The notes beneath the pieces were generated by a model. It ran no database searches. It worked only from the letters and a program-made list of their open reading frames with translations, and was not told where the DNA came from. Shown piece by piece: positions 24,773 through 36,270 of a DNA stretch of 64,000 nt (position 1 is its first letter; every line of letters begins with the position of its first letter). This stretch comes from a virus, in IMG/VR virus record IMGVR_UViG_3300024264_000011, positions 32,001 through 96,000 of that record. One strand, 5' to 3'. The position numbers and the translations under genes are program-made.

Positions 24773-27700
24773 TAGTTATCTCCTTTAAGTAATTTAATTT
24801 CTTCTTTGAGTATATTTATTTGTTCTTGTTGGTCTTTAATTGCTTCAATTAGCAGACCCACCATGTTGCCATAAGCAACAGATTTAGTTCCCTCCTCATC
24901 GGTAGAAACAAGTTCGGGGCAGACTTTTTCGACATCTTGAGCGATAACTCCCATCTGTCTTCCGAGTTCTGGAGTATCTATTCTGTCAAATGTTACGCCA
25001 TTGATCTGATTGACCTTATCAAGAGGGTTTGCAATAGGTTCAATGTTCTCTTTTAATTTAATGTCAGAGTATGCAGTAACGTTTCCAGTTGCTGTAAAGC
25101 TTCCATTGTCATCGAATGTGTATCTAGTTGTTGAACCATCACGGATGTAGAAGTTACCGATTCCGCTGTTAAGGTCCATATACATATGTGAACCATTACA
25201 GAAAAACTCAACATCATCACCACTTCCAAAATAGAGATATTCGTTATCTGGTAAATCTAGATGATTATTGATAGTTACTCGACCATTAAATGTCGAGGCT
25301 TTCGCAAAAGTAAGTGTACTAGCTGTCCATGAGGCAACTTCGGCGTTGTTACACCAAAACTTCAAATTACCGTCAGAGGGGCATTGAAATCCAGTATCGT
25401 TATCAGCACCTAAACAAATATCTACGTTAGTTCCTGGGTTAGAAGCTGTTCCAGCAGCAAGTTTTGTGCAATGGATGTTTCCGTTGACATCTAATTTTGC
25501 AACTGGGGCAGTCGAGCCAATTCCCACATTGCCAGAGAAATAATTCTTTGTCTCGCCGGTAATATATGTACCCCATTTAGTACCTACAGTTCCAGCATAT
25601 GATCCGAAGAATAAGTATCCGGTTGTCACAGTACCAGCATTACGGTCAATGTGTGAATAAACTCCTTTTGCATCTCCAATAGTATCTTCATCACACTGAA
25701 CCTCAAAATATCCACCAACGGCATTACCAGACTTACCAGAACCATTATCTGTGTTCTGTGCTCTACCATATACTGCGTATAAAGTACCTCCTGATGTATT
25801 GCCGCCTCTATATGCTATAGAGTGGATACCATAAGCATTAACCGCACCGCCTGCAGCATATGCTTGTGCATATGTATATGCACCAAAGACGCTTTGCGTG
25901 CCTATTCCAGATCCATTACCTGTAACTTTGGCAAAACTATAAAGACCTCGATTGTCGTGAGTATATCCAGTAGAGTCTGAAGAAGTGTAAATGCCGTACA
26001 TATTATGACGGTTGCCGTTAGTGCTTGTAGTGTTTGACTTTGAATTATCCACATCGACTCTAAGGCCAACTTGGGCTCTATTAGCAGTAAAAGCGGCAGT
26101 ACCAGACCAGTCCGCATCGATATATACGGTGTTATAACTACTATTTTGTCCTGTTTGCCAAGTATTATCTACGTGCAATGGATGATCATGCCATCCAGTA
26201 TCGGTTTCACCAGTACCTGTGTTAATACCTCTCGATACTGCAAGACCACCATCAGTTGATAGTGACATAGCACCACCAGACGCATCATGAGCAGTATCTC
26301 TCCACAAGAATCCACGATCAGATTCATTATTGAATGTAAATGTCATTGCATAATCATTCAATCTACCATGAGTTCTGCCTGACATCATACCAATAGTATA
26401 TGAACTACTATCCCAAACTCTTATTTTGTCTGCCGTATTAGTAGTATGGTGATTGATAATAGAACTACCCGTTAAAGTAATAGTACCACTTGTTGATAAC
26501 CCACCAGCAATAGTTTGACCATTGTTTGAATGGAGTCTTCCAGTTCCAGTGTTAATATAGAATGGTCTTAAACCATTCCAAGTATCACTAGCAGCTGCAC
26601 CTGTATTAGATAAAAGAATATAATAATTAGTACCATCATTTCTATGAATAACAGTTTCATCTGCATCGTTGTATAAAAGAAGTTGATTGTTACTGCCGCT
26701 AATTTTACAAGATGTACTTCCAACAGTGAGATTAAATGCAGGTCCAATTAAACTACCATCTCCATTAATACCTTTAGACGTTCCATCAACAAAGAAACCG
26801 CCATCTGCACGAATATATCGCGGGGTGTAAATGTTTTTAGCAGTGTTCTGATTAATTCTCAGCCAAGTAGTATCAGATGTGGTAATCTCACCCATCGCGG
26901 TTGTATTACGGTGGAAGAAAATACCACCACCTGTGATATTTGTTCGTTGCTCTACATAACCGCTGCCCCAGTTAGAGACTGATGGTGTGGATATGCGAAG
27001 ACCTCCCTCAGCGTTTACATAGACCAATTCACCAGTTTGGCTTGCGATCTTCCCAGCAGACTCGCCAGCATTTAAGACCAACTCAGTACCATTAGAGGTT
27101 CTAATTTCTTTGGTTTCTACACGAGTTGCTGGAGTAATTGTGTCAGGTATGCGGGCATCATTAATTGTTCCAGTTAGGTTAGCAGAATTAAGATTAGTCA
27201 AACCAGAACCATTACCACTAAACGAAATTCCAGATTCAGCAGTAATTGCCGAAGTTGTCAGCGTCATTATTGTGGAAAGTGATCTGGCTGTATTTGCAGT
27301 TGAACTATTACCTAGTTCAAAATACATATTAGCAGTAGTGCTATCAACAGAACATTCAATTCTTCCAGAAGAACCAGTTACATCTGGTACACCACCAAGA
27401 TGATTAAATGCTAGGTTTGCATTACCATAACCATCATTAATTGTTAATGCAACACTTCCACTACCTTTTCCGGCTTCAATATAAGAGGCACTAGTTCTAA
27501 AGGTTCCAGTTGCGCTATCATTGTTTGCATTTGATCTCAGATATGCAGAACCCTGTTGACCATCAAGTAAATCAGCATTTAGATTAGTAACTACTTGAGT
27601 ACTATCTACAGTAAATGGTGACGATGTTCCAGATGCACCACCATCAAATGCAGGTCTATTGCTAAATGTTAATGTACTTCCAGATGCACTATTAACAATA

Positions 27701-30363
27701 CAAGTACCAAATGTAACCATTTCGTTATTGTCAAAAGACCATCCAAGTGATGAAGTTCCAATTCTTAAATAACCATTCGCAAAATTTGATCCAGCAATTG
27801 TTCCAGGACTGCCAGTAATTGCAATACCGTTAGTTGACAACAATGTATCTGTTTCAGTTTGTCCAGTAACATTAACACCACCAGATGTTGTTGCTATTTT
27901 TGCGGCATCATCATAATAAAGAGTAGTTGCGGCATTGTGAGTTACTCTAACACCTAGTGTACCACTATTATTTGCATATAATAGTAGATCCTCATTATAT
28001 GAGCTAACAATTCCTTCATCAACAATAATTCTTTTATTGAAGTAAAATCTACTACGGTCAGTTTCAACGTGAGCATACGTAGTATTACTTGGACCAATTT
28101 TAATCCACCCATTTCCAGTATTTGCAGTTACATGTCCAGCTGTAGTATTAATACCACCAGTTCCAGTAACTGTTAAGTTACTCTGGACTTCAGTACCACC
28201 AACAAAATCACCAGCATAGTTAACGACTAGTTTAGCACCAGCATTTTTTACAAGAGCTCTTGAAGTACCAGAGTTTCCTCTAGATGTCTGGTTTGATGCA
28301 CCAAGTCTAAAATCAAATCCACCATTATTGACATTTCCTGTTACAAATGCTTCTCCAGAAACATGTAATTTATACGTTGGTGTAACACCGATACCAAAAT
28401 TACCATCTTTATCTAATGTTACTTTTGTGGAATATCCACTACCATTGTAAGTTCTGAAAAATACGCCACCTGCAGCTGCACCATATGTAAGATAAGTACT
28501 ATACTGCGTACCATGATGGAAATGAGTGTTTCCATATCTGGTTATGTTAATCTCATTACTAAAAGTAATTGCGCCAGTAGCAGTATCAGTAGCGTCAGAT
28601 CTTAAAAATGAAGATGCATGTAATCCATCAACTTGGTCCACATTTAGAGAACTTTCGTCGTTTGTGTTTAATACTCTGTACTTAGTTGAACTACTATATC
28701 TACCACCAGTGTATAAATCTCCAGTAACATAAACATTAGTATCACCACGAACATCAAAAATCGTATCTGCGCTATTACTTGTAGCACTTAAGTCTGCTGT
28801 ACTTTGAGCTGTTCTTCCCCTAACATCAAAAATACTTTCAGTTCCACTATCTGCATCACTAGAAATAATGACTGCAGGAACATCATTTGCATCATCATTT
28901 TTGTAAAATACTGCAACTGGATCAGCATTTTGAGAATTATTAGTTACAAATAATCCTACACCAGCATCTCCATCTACTCTAAGTGCAGCAGTACTATCAT
29001 AGGTTGCGTGACCACCATTATCATCATTACCAATAACAAGATCTTTATTGAATTTCCAGTTATCTCCAGCAGAAACATAAGTCAATGTTGCACTAGCACC
29101 ATCAATAGTAATACCAGCACCATTTGCAGCTGCAGCATTAGCAGCACCAGATGCTAGAGTAATATTGAGATCATCTACATTTACTGTAGTTGAATTGATT
29201 GTAGTTGTAGTACCATCAACCTGTAAATCACCAGCGATGACAAGAGTTCCTGTATTGTTGCCAACTCCTGCTGGATCGATTGTAAGAGTTGCTGGACCAC
29301 TAATTGTATTAGTTGAAATATTAATACCTGTACCAGAAGCACCTGTTGATAGTGTTGTTGCTGATGCAGTTCCAGTTACAGTAACACCACTACCATTTGT
29401 CTGGAGTTTTATATTATCTGATGTGCCAGAGTGATGTAATTTTACAGCACCAGTATTACCAGGTTTTAACTCAATATCAGTAATTAGTGCTGTATTATGT
29501 TGACCAATGGTAATGTCATCACCGTTTTTACCAATTAAAACTCTTAAATATCCACCATCATCAGTATAGATGGTACTTGATTCTGGAATTACAAGAGCAG
29601 CATTGGTTACAGTATGTGATGCTGCTGCATAAGTACCACCGTCAGACTGGAAAACATCTGCGTTTGATAGTCCAGTTGTACTTGTTCCTAAAGTGGTAGT
29701 ATTAAATTTTTGTACATTATCATAGTAGAGTTGAACATCAGCATTTGTGTTAAACACCGCCATATTTTCGGCATTAAATCTCACAACAACTTGATTACCT
29801 ACAAGTCTTAGAGCTCCATCTCCAGTATCATTAATGTAACTATTACTGCCATCATGATAAATTTGTAAGTCGTTACCAGTTCCAAAATTGGCAGTTTGGT
29901 TATCACCAAAATATTGATTACCAGATAGTGTAATATTACCAGTGAAAGATGCACCAGTTGTTGTGGTCTCAAATTTCTTGGAGTTGTTGTAGTAGAGTTC
30001 TACTGATCCATTTGGATTTGCGGCAACCATTTGATCGCCAGTAGTTTTAGTTATGAAAACTCCACCAACACTTGATCTCAAATAAAGTTTTCCAACTCCA
30101 TTATCATCAATAAAACTATTAGATCCATTATGGTAAAGTTTTAAATCTTCACTATCACCAATACTCAAATGATCATTGTCACCTAAATTGACATTACTAT
30201 CAAATATAACATCGCCAGTAAATCTACCAGTACCACCAACATCCAAATCATAAGAAGGGGTGGAATCTTTAATTCCAACCCTATTATTTGTGGGGTCAAC
30301 AAACAGTGTATCGCCATCAACTTCTAAACCGTTTTTGACAATAAAATTTCTATTAGTTGCCAT
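24772..30363 (-). CDS. Long tail fibre with C-terminal intramolecular chaperone (peptidase S74)
   Basis: C-terminal YSDIKLKENI...GVIAQDVEKVCPELV...VAYGNMVGLLIEAIK plus coiled coil; internal DLQIYHDGSNS...VELYY..KKFETT repeats. Confidence 0.9.
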   Translation of the reverse strand: MATNRNFIVKNGLEVDGDTLFVDPTNNRVGIKDSTPSYDLDVGGTGRFTGDVIFDSNVNLGDNDHLSIGDSEDLKLYHNGSNSFIDDNGVGKLYLRSSVGGVFITKTTGDQMVAANPNGSVELYYNNSKKFETTTTGASFTGNITLSGNQYFGDNQTANFGTGNDLQIYHDGSNSYINDTGDGALRLVGNQVVVRFNAENMAVFNTNADVQLYYDNVQKFNTTTLGTSTTGLSNADVFQSDGGTYAAASHTVTNAALVIPESSTIYTDDGGYLRVLIGKNGDDITIGQHNTALITDIELKPGNTGAVKLHHSGTSDNIKLQTNGSGVTVTGTASATTLSTGASGTGINISTNTISGPATLTIDPAGVGNNTGTLVIAGDLQVDGTTTTINSTTVNVDDLNITLASGAANAAAANGAGITIDGASATLTYVSAGDNWKFNKDLVIGNDDNGGHATYDSTAALRVDGDAGVGLFVTNNSQNADPVAVFYKNDDANDVPAVIISSDADSGTESIFDVRGRTAQSTADLSATSNSADTIFDVRGDTNVYVTGDLYTGGRYSSSTKYRVLNTNDESSLNVDQVDGLHASSFLRSDATDTATGAITFSNEINITRYGNTHFHHGTQYSTYLTYGAAAGGVFFRTYNGSGYSTKVTLDKDGNFGIGVTPTYKLHVSGEAFVTGNVNNGGFDFRLGASNQTSRGNSGTSRALVKNAGAKLVVNYAGDFVGGTEVQSNLTVTGTGGINTTAGHVTANTGNGWIKIGPSNTTYAHVETDRSRFYFNKRIIVDEGIVSSYNEDLLLYANNSGTLGVRVTHNAATTLYYDDAAKIATTSGGVNVTGQTETDTLLSTNGIAITGSPGTIAGSNFANGYLRIGTSSLGWSFDNNEMVTFGTCIVNSASGSTLTFSNRPAFDGGASGTSSPFTVDSTQVVTNLNADLLDGQQGSAYLRSNANNDSATGTFRTSASYIEAGKGSGSVALTINDGYGNANLAFNHLGGVPDVTGSSGRIECSVDSTTANMYFELGNSSTANTARSLSTIMTLTTSAITAESGISFSGNGSGLTNLNSANLTGTINDARIPDTITPATRVETKEIRTSNGTELVLNAGESAGKIASQTGELVYVNAEGGLRISTPSVSNWGSGYVEQRTNITGGGIFFHRNTTAMGEITTSDTTWLRINQNTAKNIYTPRYIRADGGFFVDGTSKGINGDGSLIGPAFNLTVGSTSCKISGSNNQLLLYNDADETVIHRNDGTNYYILLSNTGAAASDTWNGLRPFYINTGTGRLHSNNGQTIAGGLSTSGTITLTGSSIINHHTTNTADKIRVWDSSSYTIGMMSGRTHGRLNDYAMTFTFNNESDRGFLWRDTAHDASGGAMSLSTDGGLAVSRGINTGTGETDTGWHDHPLHVDNTWQTGQNSSYNTVYIDADWSGTAAFTANRAQVGLRVDVDNSKSNTTSTNGNRHNMYGIYTSSDSTGYTHDNRGLYSFAKVTGNGSGIGTQSVFGAYTYAQAYAAGGAVNAYGIHSIAYRGGNTSGGTLYAVYGRAQNTDNGSGKSGNAVGGYFEVQCDEDTIGDAKGVYSHIDRNAGTVTTGYLFFGSYAGTVGTKWGTYITGETKNYFSGNVGIGSTAPVAKLDVNGNIHCTKLAAGTASNPGTNVDICLGADNDTGFQCPSDGNLKFWCNNAEVASWTASTLTFAKASTFNGRVTINNHLDLPDNEYLYFGSGDDVEFFCNGSHMYMDLNSGIGNFYIRDGSTTRYTFDDNGSFTATGNVTAYSDIKLKENIEPIANPLDKVNQINGVTFDRIDTPELGRQMGVIAQDVEKVCPELVSTDEEGTKSVAYGNMVGLLIEAIKDQQEQINILKEEIKLLKGDN

Positions 30364-30404
30364 AAGACTCCTTGGGGTTCACTTTCCCCCCATATTTGTC
30401 TAAT

Positions 30405-30412
30405 TATTTATA
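30405..30412 (-). promoter_or_regulatory. T4-type late promoter
   Basis: Minus strand TATAAATA about 40 bp upstream of the fibre start. Confidence 0.85.
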
Positions 30413-30414
30413 AA

Positions 30415-33400
30415 TCAATACTTGATTGCAGTAGCAACAACTTTATAGGTAGTGGTGTTAGTAGACGATGCAGTTGCAAGCAGTCTGATTACGTTAGAAA
30501 CAATATTAGTGTCAAATGTAGCAAGAACAGAACCAGAATGAACAGTACCATATGCAGTCATGTATGCAGTTGTTCCATCATGAACTACCAATACTTTTTC
30601 CATATGGAAGTTTGCATTTTCTGATACTTGAATCAAGAATTCGACAGATCTGTAAGTAGAACCATTAATAGAAGCAATTAGTGTTGCAGAAGTTGATGTT
30701 GTTGTAGCAGTGAATGACTTTTGTAGTGAATTTGCATCTGCAATTTCAGTTCCAGTAGTAACTATATCCCCAGTTACAGTAACACCAGATGTAGTGGTTT
30801 CAAATTTCTTAGAATCGTCATAATAAAGATCAACTGAACCATTAGTAGTAAATGTTGCTTTTACTTCATTTCCAGATGAATCATATACAACAATATTGTC
30901 ACCCCAAATATTTAAGTCACCAGTTCCATTTTCTCTAATATTAGATGAGGAACCTGAATGATAAATCTGCAAATCATTACTAGATCCAAAATTTATTCCA
31001 ATAGAATCTGGTAAACTAATGTTATTTTGGAATTCTGAAGTGCCACTGACTTTAATACTACCAGAAACATCCAGAGCAACAGTAGGAGCAGAAACACCAA
31101 TACCAACTCTATTGTTATCACCATCTACATATAAAGTATCTCTACCAAGAATATTTTTATAATATTTGATATCATCTGTACCAATAGTATGCCCAGTGGT
31201 TTCAATATTAGATCTCCAGAGAGTTGTATTTGATGGGAGACCGTTTGAAACTAGAACATAACCAAGAGACATCTCAGCAACAGTATCATAATCACTAACT
31301 CTTGTCGCTGTAAATGCAGAGTTTGCACTACCTACAGTGGTAATTTGATACAGACCATTCTCTTCTGCATTTGTCTGACCATTGACCAGAACAATATCAT
31401 TATTTCCGAATGTGACTCCATCTGCTGATGGGAATACACCATTTACAGAACCAGTTAGTGTAGCACCTACACCAGCAGTACCATTATTATAAGTTGCAGA
31501 AATATTAGATGTATGAATACCTTTAGCAATTGCAATACCAAAATTTACCCATGAAGGAACACCATTACTTACTGCAAGTACATTAGATTGATTACCAATA
31601 CCCAACTTAGAAATGGTTGCACTACTGTTACCATATAAAATATCACCTTGAGCGTAAGTTGTGATATTAGTACCACCTTTACCGACAGGTACAGTAGCAA
31701 CAAGATTACCTGGGTTTAGATAATATTGATCGTTATTACCATTTAAAGTTAGAGCATCAACAGTACCACCAGAAGATGCTGCCTTAATTGTAACATCACC
31801 AATAGAAGAAACATCAAATTGTTGATGGTTGTAAGCAGAAACACCTAATCTAGTATAACCAGAAGTACCAGTACTGCTACCAGTTACTGTTTGAATACCT
31901 ATTTTAACTCTATTATAGTGTACAGTTTCATTCGGATTTACTGTGTTATCTACAAAACTATCACCAACTAAAGTAAGAGGAGAATCACCATCTTCCACAA
32001 TACCTTGAACTGCTTCAGCCCATATAGAGTCTCCACGTAAGAATGTTTTATTATTTGCACTACCACTGGATGCAAGTCTATCTACAGAAATTACACCAGA
32101 AACAATGTTAGCAGCATCAACACTAGCACCAGACAAGACAGACCAGTTTGTTGTTGGTATGTTTGAGGTATTACATTCACCATCAATAGTGATATTGAAT
32201 ACCCTCAGACTAGTATTGCCGGAACCAGTTGCAGTAACATTAACTGCAGAAACAACTAATCCCCCAGTAGAAGATTCAGCTGCAGCTTTTGTGTTATGAA
32301 GAGTGAATGTGTTTGTAGTAACGGCACCAACAAAATAAAATGCTGTGTTAATTAATCCAGTAGGTAATGTAGTTCCCTCAGCTTTTACAGCATCACCAGT
32401 TGATAAACCATGTGTAACAACATAAAATTTATTTAAGTCTACATTAACATTGTTAAACGACAGTGAATGTGTTCCAGTTGATGATGACGAGAAAGATGCA
32501 AAATACTGTGTATCTAAATTGTAATTTGTATACAACTCAATTGTATTTCCATCGATAACTTTGACAAAATAATGACTACCATTAGTTAAACCACCAATAG
32601 CAACATTAGGTGATGAATCATATTCTAAAAAGTCACCATTAGAAAGACCATGTGAAGTAAGTGTTATTCTGCTAGTACTATAGTTTACATCATTTGTAGC
32701 ATCGAATGTAAATGACGTTGAACTTGCATTATTAAGTGTTTTTATAGGAGCATTATCATCATAAATGAAATCTGGTGCTCCAGATGAAGCACTAAATTTA
32801 ACCTTCTCACCAGTCAAGTTAACAAAAAGTCTTTGGATTGTATTCACAACTGTAAACACAAAACCAGAACCAGTTCCGCCCAAATCGGAAGAACTTGCAC
32901 TTAGTGTATCATTAGCGGCATAACCAGTACCACCTTTTCTTAAGTCAACGTTAGTGATTGTTCCATTCGTAACTGTGATATCAGCTCTAGCACCTGAACC
33001 AGATGAAGAAACATTAGTGAGAGCAACATTGGTATATACTTGAGATGCGCCAGTTGGAGTATATCCAGAACCTACGTTAGTTACTGTTCCACTAAAAAGA
33101 ACACCCTGTTCTAAACCATTAGTTCCTAGAGAAGTATCTACAGTTCCTTTAGCACCAGAAAGAACAGCTTCAATAGTTGTGGTATTTGTAAAAGTTGGAC
33201 TTGTGTGTAAATTATCAATTACAAGGAATTGTGATATATTATCAGACTGAAGAACATAACTTGTATCAACACCACCAACTTCTTCAGTAACAAAGTCACC
33301 AGCACCAACACTAATAAATGGAATATCTAAATGAATTTCTGCTCGTGCATCTTGACCAATAACTTTATATGTATTAAAGTTTCTAATTGGTGGAATAATA

Positions 33401-36252
33401 TCAGTATTAAGTTTACCAGCAGAGTTTAACTGTACAACAGAGTTTGGAACAGAGTTAATACTTACAGATTTATCAACAAAATCACCAAGTCTATTTGTAA
33501 TAAAATCTCTTGATGCTTTTTGTGTGTTTAATCTAGTATGTGATGCACCACCAACTTCATTATCACCCAAACCAGCATCAAGTGAAATTTCTTCAATGGT
33601 TACGTTTGAGATAGATAACTTAAGTGAAGACAGTTCACCGATAACAACTCTCTGAGAGAAGGTAATTTCACCACTTCTGTTTTCTGCTTTAATAAATTTA
33701 CCAACTTTAAAGTCACCTAATTCGTCAGTACCAGAACTATAAACCCTACCTGGTAAGTTTTCATATTGTTCATATGCTTCTATTTTCTGACCACCGTTCT
33801 CTGGTAGTGCGTTATAGTCAATACCTGCACCAATAAATTCCCAAGTATGACCAGACGAGTTTACAATCGATGGTCTATGTAAACTAATATCTTTACTTAC
33901 AGTCTGGTTGATATTTTGGATTTCATTACCAGCAATTGTACTCTTTATAATAAATTCAGTAGTATATAAGTCTGTTCTTGTTTCACAAGTTCCAATTGTT
34001 ACTGTCTGTGGAGTTCCTGAATGATCACTAATTGTCATTCCCTCAACAAAAATATTTCTCAACAGGGCATCACCAATCTGAACCTGATTTACAGATACAG
34101 TGAGTTTTCTTGTGGTTGCATCCCAGTCAAATACAGTTCCATTTGAATTGGTAGAACCATTAGTACCAGAAATAGTTTGACCAATAGTAAATGTATATGA
34201 ACCCGCAGGAATTGTGATATTTTGATAACTATTGTGATGGTTATCTACTTTGCTAACAAAGAATTCTTCTACATCTTTTTCTAAAGAATGATCTGATTGA
34301 TGTGTGATACCATTAGCATCTGCAGATACAAAAGTATGCGTTGATAGATCAGTAGAACTACCAACGTTGACTGTAAATGTATTTGTGGTAACAGCAGTAA
34401 TACTTAACCAAGTATCAGCTGCAGGGTCTGTGGAACGAGGATAACCAACTTGAGTCTGATGATTATCATAAGAGCAAGTAAATACTAAAGATCCAGTAGC
34501 AATTTTAATTTTTTCACCAACTTCAAAACCATGACCAGCAATAGTAATTACCGATAAACCAGTTGAAGGATCATAGGTTGCATTAGTAGCGGTATATGAC
34601 TTACCAATAACATCAGTTAGATCAACTTTGAAAGATAAAGACTCATCTTCATAGAGTTGAATAGTATTTGCATTAATATACTGTACAAAATATTTTGTTC
34701 GGTCAATCAATCCACCAATTGGTTGATAAGTATTTGATTTATATTCAATACCATCACCATTACTTAAACCATGATTGGGAATTGTGATATAATCGTCAGT
34801 TAAATTTACATCAGTTGTTGGGTCGAATGTAAACGTAGTACCAGCAGTTTTATATGTACCAGTGATTGCAGACCTTAGTTTGATAGCATTTGTTGCTGCA
34901 GAAACAAACGTATGGGTCGAGAGATCTGTAGACGCACCAACATTTACATCAAATGTATTTGTAGTTACGTTTGAGATATATAACCAATTATTTGCTGCTG
35001 GGTCAGTAACTCTTGGGTAACCAGTCTGTGATACATTATTATCATAATCACAAGTAAATACTATAGAACCAGTTTTAATAAAAACTTGGTCACCATTGCT
35101 GTAACCGTGTGCATTTGCTGTGAATGTAGATACACCAGTAGAAGGATTATAAGTTACATTACTTGGTGTAAAGTAATCTGTATCATATAATTTAACAACA
35201 TAGTGGTTGATAACAGGTCTTAGTGTACCAATTACCTCAATAGCATCTTCACCATCAATAAGACTTGTAGCTGATACGTATCCATTATCAAAGATATATG
35301 AGTTTTGTCTAAATCCAGTACCACGAAGAGCATAGATACCAAAGTTTGATGCTGAGTTGGTAATTGAAGCATAACCACCAGACTGAGCATAAACACCATG
35401 TTTACCAAATAGTTGGAAACAAGAAACCAACTGACAGTATGCATCATTAATAACGTGCCATGCTGTTCCACCAAAAGTTAGAATGGTGAAATAAGCAGCA
35501 ACCATGGACTTACCTTGTACTGGTGCAGCACCAATAACAGGAAGTTCTACCTCACTTTGTTTAATTGGAGTGTTAAATTGATTAATTCTACTACCATCAA
35601 TCAATACACCATTACCACCAATAAAAGAAATCAAAGAACAGTCTTTGATATATGGTGATGTTGAAATGATAGGTTTAGCTGAAGATAGACCACTATAAAC
35701 AGTACGATCTACATCTACATCATCTACATCATCAAACGCTAATGCATATCTAAATGTATAGTCTGCCTCTCCATTATTGTCTAAGTGGTCTCTAAAAACT
35801 ACACCTTCAACTAAAATTTTATTCCTTATTCTAAAGATATCTTTCTTCGCATTTTGAGGACGTATAACAACGCCTCTAAGGTTATCACCAATAATTGAAA
35901 TATTATCGTTAACGATAATGGGGTTATCTTCTACGTAATCACCAGTAGCAACATAAATTGTTACTGGTTTTGCCATTCCAGAAGCAAGAATACATGCTTT
36001 CTTAATTGTCGCTACTGGAAATTCTATACCGTCATTGTTATCGTTTCCTTTTGCTGCAGAAACGTAAACTCTATTACCACCATAACGATCAACTGGGTTT
36101 AGAGAAACAATCTCTTCGTTTGCACCCTGTTGTCGTTTAATATACGCTTGACCGTCGTATGTATTTAAACCTACTTCTCCTAGATCTAAATCTGACGTTG
36201 TTGGAACTCTGCCAGCTACAGCAGATCTTTTAAGCTTAATATTTGATGCCAT
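30415..36252 (-). CDS. Tail fibre / virion structural protein (1945 aa)
   Basis: N-terminus IKLKRSAVAGRVPTTSDLDLGEVGLNTYDG is typical of proximal fibre proteins; YVSAAKGNDNNDG...TIKKA beta-helix-start motif; repeated beta-modules. Confidence 0.85.
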   Translation of the reverse strand: MASNIKLKRSAVAGRVPTTSDLDLGEVGLNTYDGQAYIKRQQGANEEIVSLNPVDRYGGNRVYVSAAKGNDNNDGIEFPVATIKKACILASGMAKPVTIYVATGDYVEDNPIIVNDNISIIGDNLRGVVIRPQNAKKDIFRIRNKILVEGVVFRDHLDNNGEADYTFRYALAFDDVDDVDVDRTVYSGLSSAKPIISTSPYIKDCSLISFIGGNGVLIDGSRINQFNTPIKQSEVELPVIGAAPVQGKSMVAAYFTILTFGGTAWHVINDAYCQLVSCFQLFGKHGVYAQSGGYASITNSASNFGIYALRGTGFRQNSYIFDNGYVSATSLIDGEDAIEVIGTLRPVINHYVVKLYDTDYFTPSNVTYNPSTGVSTFTANAHGYSNGDQVFIKTGSIVFTCDYDNNVSQTGYPRVTDPAANNWLYISNVTTNTFDVNVGASTDLSTHTFVSAATNAIKLRSAITGTYKTAGTTFTFDPTTDVNLTDDYITIPNHGLSNGDGIEYKSNTYQPIGGLIDRTKYFVQYINANTIQLYEDESLSFKVDLTDVIGKSYTATNATYDPSTGLSVITIAGHGFEVGEKIKIATGSLVFTCSYDNHQTQVGYPRSTDPAADTWLSITAVTTNTFTVNVGSSTDLSTHTFVSADANGITHQSDHSLEKDVEEFFVSKVDNHHNSYQNITIPAGSYTFTIGQTISGTNGSTNSNGTVFDWDATTRKLTVSVNQVQIGDALLRNIFVEGMTISDHSGTPQTVTIGTCETRTDLYTTEFIIKSTIAGNEIQNINQTVSKDISLHRPSIVNSSGHTWEFIGAGIDYNALPENGGQKIEAYEQYENLPGRVYSSGTDELGDFKVGKFIKAENRSGEITFSQRVVIGELSSLKLSISNVTIEEISLDAGLGDNEVGGASHTRLNTQKASRDFITNRLGDFVDKSVSINSVPNSVVQLNSAGKLNTDIIPPIRNFNTYKVIGQDARAEIHLDIPFISVGAGDFVTEEVGGVDTSYVLQSDNISQFLVIDNLHTSPTFTNTTTIEAVLSGAKGTVDTSLGTNGLEQGVLFSGTVTNVGSGYTPTGASQVYTNVALTNVSSSGSGARADITVTNGTITNVDLRKGGTGYAANDTLSASSSDLGGTGSGFVFTVVNTIQRLFVNLTGEKVKFSASSGAPDFIYDDNAPIKTLNNASSTSFTFDATNDVNYSTSRITLTSHGLSNGDFLEYDSSPNVAIGGLTNGSHYFVKVIDGNTIELYTNYNLDTQYFASFSSSSTGTHSLSFNNVNVDLNKFYVVTHGLSTGDAVKAEGTTLPTGLINTAFYFVGAVTTNTFTLHNTKAAAESSTGGLVVSAVNVTATGSGNTSLRVFNITIDGECNTSNIPTTNWSVLSGASVDAANIVSGVISVDRLASSGSANNKTFLRGDSIWAEAVQGIVEDGDSPLTLVGDSFVDNTVNPNETVHYNRVKIGIQTVTGSSTGTSGYTRLGVSAYNHQQFDVSSIGDVTIKAASSGGTVDALTLNGNNDQYYLNPGNLVATVPVGKGGTNITTYAQGDILYGNSSATISKLGIGNQSNVLAVSNGVPSWVNFGIAIAKGIHTSNISATYNNGTAGVGATLTGSVNGVFPSADGVTFGNNDIVLVNGQTNAEENGLYQITTVGSANSAFTATRVSDYDTVAEMSLGYVLVSNGLPSNTTLWRSNIETTGHTIGTDDIKYYKNILGRDTLYVDGDNNRVGIGVSAPTVALDVSGSIKVSGTSEFQNNISLPDSIGINFGSSNDLQIYHSGSSSNIRENGTGDLNIWGDNIVVYDSSGNEVKATFTTNGSVDLYYDDSKKFETTTSGVTVTGDIVTTGTEIADANSLQKSFTATTTSTSATLIASINGSTYRSVEFLIQVSENANFHMEKVLVVHDGTTAYMTAYGTVHSGSVLATFDTNIVSNVIRLLATASSTNTTTYKVVATAIKY

Positions 36253-36270
36253 AGTGCGGTATATACCTAG

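Noticed and set aside
23702-30363. Diversity-generating retroelement or invertible tail-fibre cassette
   Set aside because: No reverse transcriptase or invertase gene in the window, and no template/variable repeat pair or flanking inverted repeats seen by eye.
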